Shown: piece after piece, positions 62,740 through 64,000 of the stretch
Numbering within the stretch: the first letter of the stretch is position 1
Layout: each line of letters starts with the position of its first letter
Assembly: GCF_035084215.1 (NCBI RefSeq)
Contig: NW_027139559.1
Location: 2,418,001-2,482,000 of the forward strand
DNA length: 64,000 nucleotides
DNA from: Heptranchias perlo
Lineage: Eukaryota
Direction of reading: 5' to 3'
Notes under the pieces: model-generated
What the model was told of the DNA's origin: nothing
The model's input: the letters and a program-made list of their open reading frames with translations, nothing else
Database searches by the model: none
Position numbers and translations under genes: made by a program

Positions 62740-63775
62740 GACTTCTTTTCCCGCTCCCACACCGTTACCTCTGGAGTCCCCCCACCGATCTATATTTGGA
62801 TCCTCCTATTTCTCATCTTCGTGCTGCCCGTTGGCTACGTCATCTGAAAACAAAATGTCAGATTCTGCATGTATGCTGCCGACACCCAATTGTAACCCAC
62901 TAGCACCACTCTCGATCCCTCCACTCTCTCTGATTTGTCACACTGCTTATCCGACATCCAGTATTAGATGAGCAGACATTTCCTCAAATTAAATATTGCG
63001 AAGACCAAAGCCATTATCTTTGGTCCCCACCACCAACTCTGTTCCCTCGTCACCGACTCCATCTCTCCACCTGCCCACTGTCTGAGGCTGAATCCCACTG
63101 TTCGCAGCCTCGAGTTCCTTATTGACCCTGAGCTGAGTTTCTGACCCCAGATACTCTCCATCACCATGACCGTCTACTTCCACCTCCAGAACGTCGCCCG
63201 TCTCTGCGGCTGCCTCAACCCATCTGCTGCTGAAACTCTCATCCATGCATTTGTTACCTCCAGACTTGACTATTCCAATGGTATCCTGGCCAGCCTCCCA
63301 GCTTCTATCCTCCGTAAACTTGACTCTGCTGTCCGTATTCTAACTCACAACAATTTCAGTTCATCCATCACCCCTGTGTTCGGTGAGCTAAATTGGCTCC
63401 CGGTCTGGCAATTCCTCATTTTTAAAATTCTCATCCTCTTGTCCAAATCCCTCCATAGCCCTCGTCCCCTCTCTATCTCTGTAACCTCCTCCAGCCCTAC
63501 AACGCTCCGAGATCTCTGCGTTCCTCCAGTTCTGGCCTCTTGTCCATCCCTGGTTTTCATCTCTCCACTTCTGGCGGCCGTGCCTTCAACTGCCTTGGCT
63601 CTAACCTCTGAAATTCTCTCCATCAACATCATGCTACTCTCCAACCTCTTTACCAAAGCATTTGGTCATCTGTCCTAATATCTCCTTATGTGGCTCGGTA
63701 TCAAATATTGTCTGTGAAGCGCCTTGGGACGTTTTACTACGTTAAAGGCGCTGTGTAAATGAAAGTATTATTGTT
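62740..63775 (+). mobile_element. L2 LINE RT-to-3' fragment
   Basis: GVP.(G)S..G...F, YAADTQL, LIHAFVTSRLDYSN, L.WLPV; L2-like 3' tail GTGAAGCGCCTTGGGACG...GGCGCT.T.TAAATG. Confidence 0.85.
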
Positions 63776-63849
63776 CTTATGTTGAGCTATCAATCCATGC
63801 CATTGTAAAAGGTTTCATTGAGTTTGGAACTATCCTCTTATCAGTTTCG

Positions 63850-64000
63850 TGTCATCTTGGCTCATTGACAGCTCTCTCGGTTCTGAATTCGAAGATTCTG
63901 GGTTCAAGCTCCTCTCCAGGACTTCGGCCCATAATCTAGGCTAACACTCCAGCACAATAATCATGGGGGTGCTGCTTTGTCGAAGGTGTGGCGTTTCAGA
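63850..64000 (+). mobile_element. 5' part of a second Deu-type SINE (cut by the window end)
   Basis: tRNA-like A/B boxes (TGGCTCATTG; GGTTCAAGC) and similarity to 23385-23525. Confidence 0.55.

Overview
Eukaryotic, repeat-rich genomic DNA from a cartilaginous fish. The IgNAR sequence looks most like a squalomorph shark, but the species cannot be fixed from this window. The main feature is one germline, unrearranged IgNAR (heavy-chain-only shark antibody) cluster on the + strand. Its parts are an octamer/TATA promoter (~40076-40108), leader exon (40203-40245), V exon (40387-40658), three D segments and one J with canonical RSS geometry (22 | 12-23 | 12-22 | 12-12 | 23), exons C1-C4, and C5 with the secretory tail and a poly(A) signal (52186-62392). 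TM exons are not seen and probably lie beyond the window. All C exons, splice sites and RSSs look intact, but the type-II-like V exon has a single in-frame TGA (40500-40502). Upstream lie two decayed C2H2 zinc-finger genes, a CpG-island promoter with NRF1/YY1 motifs, a triple tandem CTCF-like array, several minisatellites and a head-to-head telomeric palindrome bracketed by inverted repeats. Much of the rest is CR1/L2 LINE and Deu-type SINE sequence. Notable unexplained items: Penelope-like mini-elements carrying minimal hammerhead ribozymes in IgNAR introns (one encloses an inverted copy of nearby DNA), a 73-bp hairpin with inward-facing CACAGTG heptamers, and LINE-born minisatellites next to the antibody gene. 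Repeat boundaries were read by eye and are approximate.
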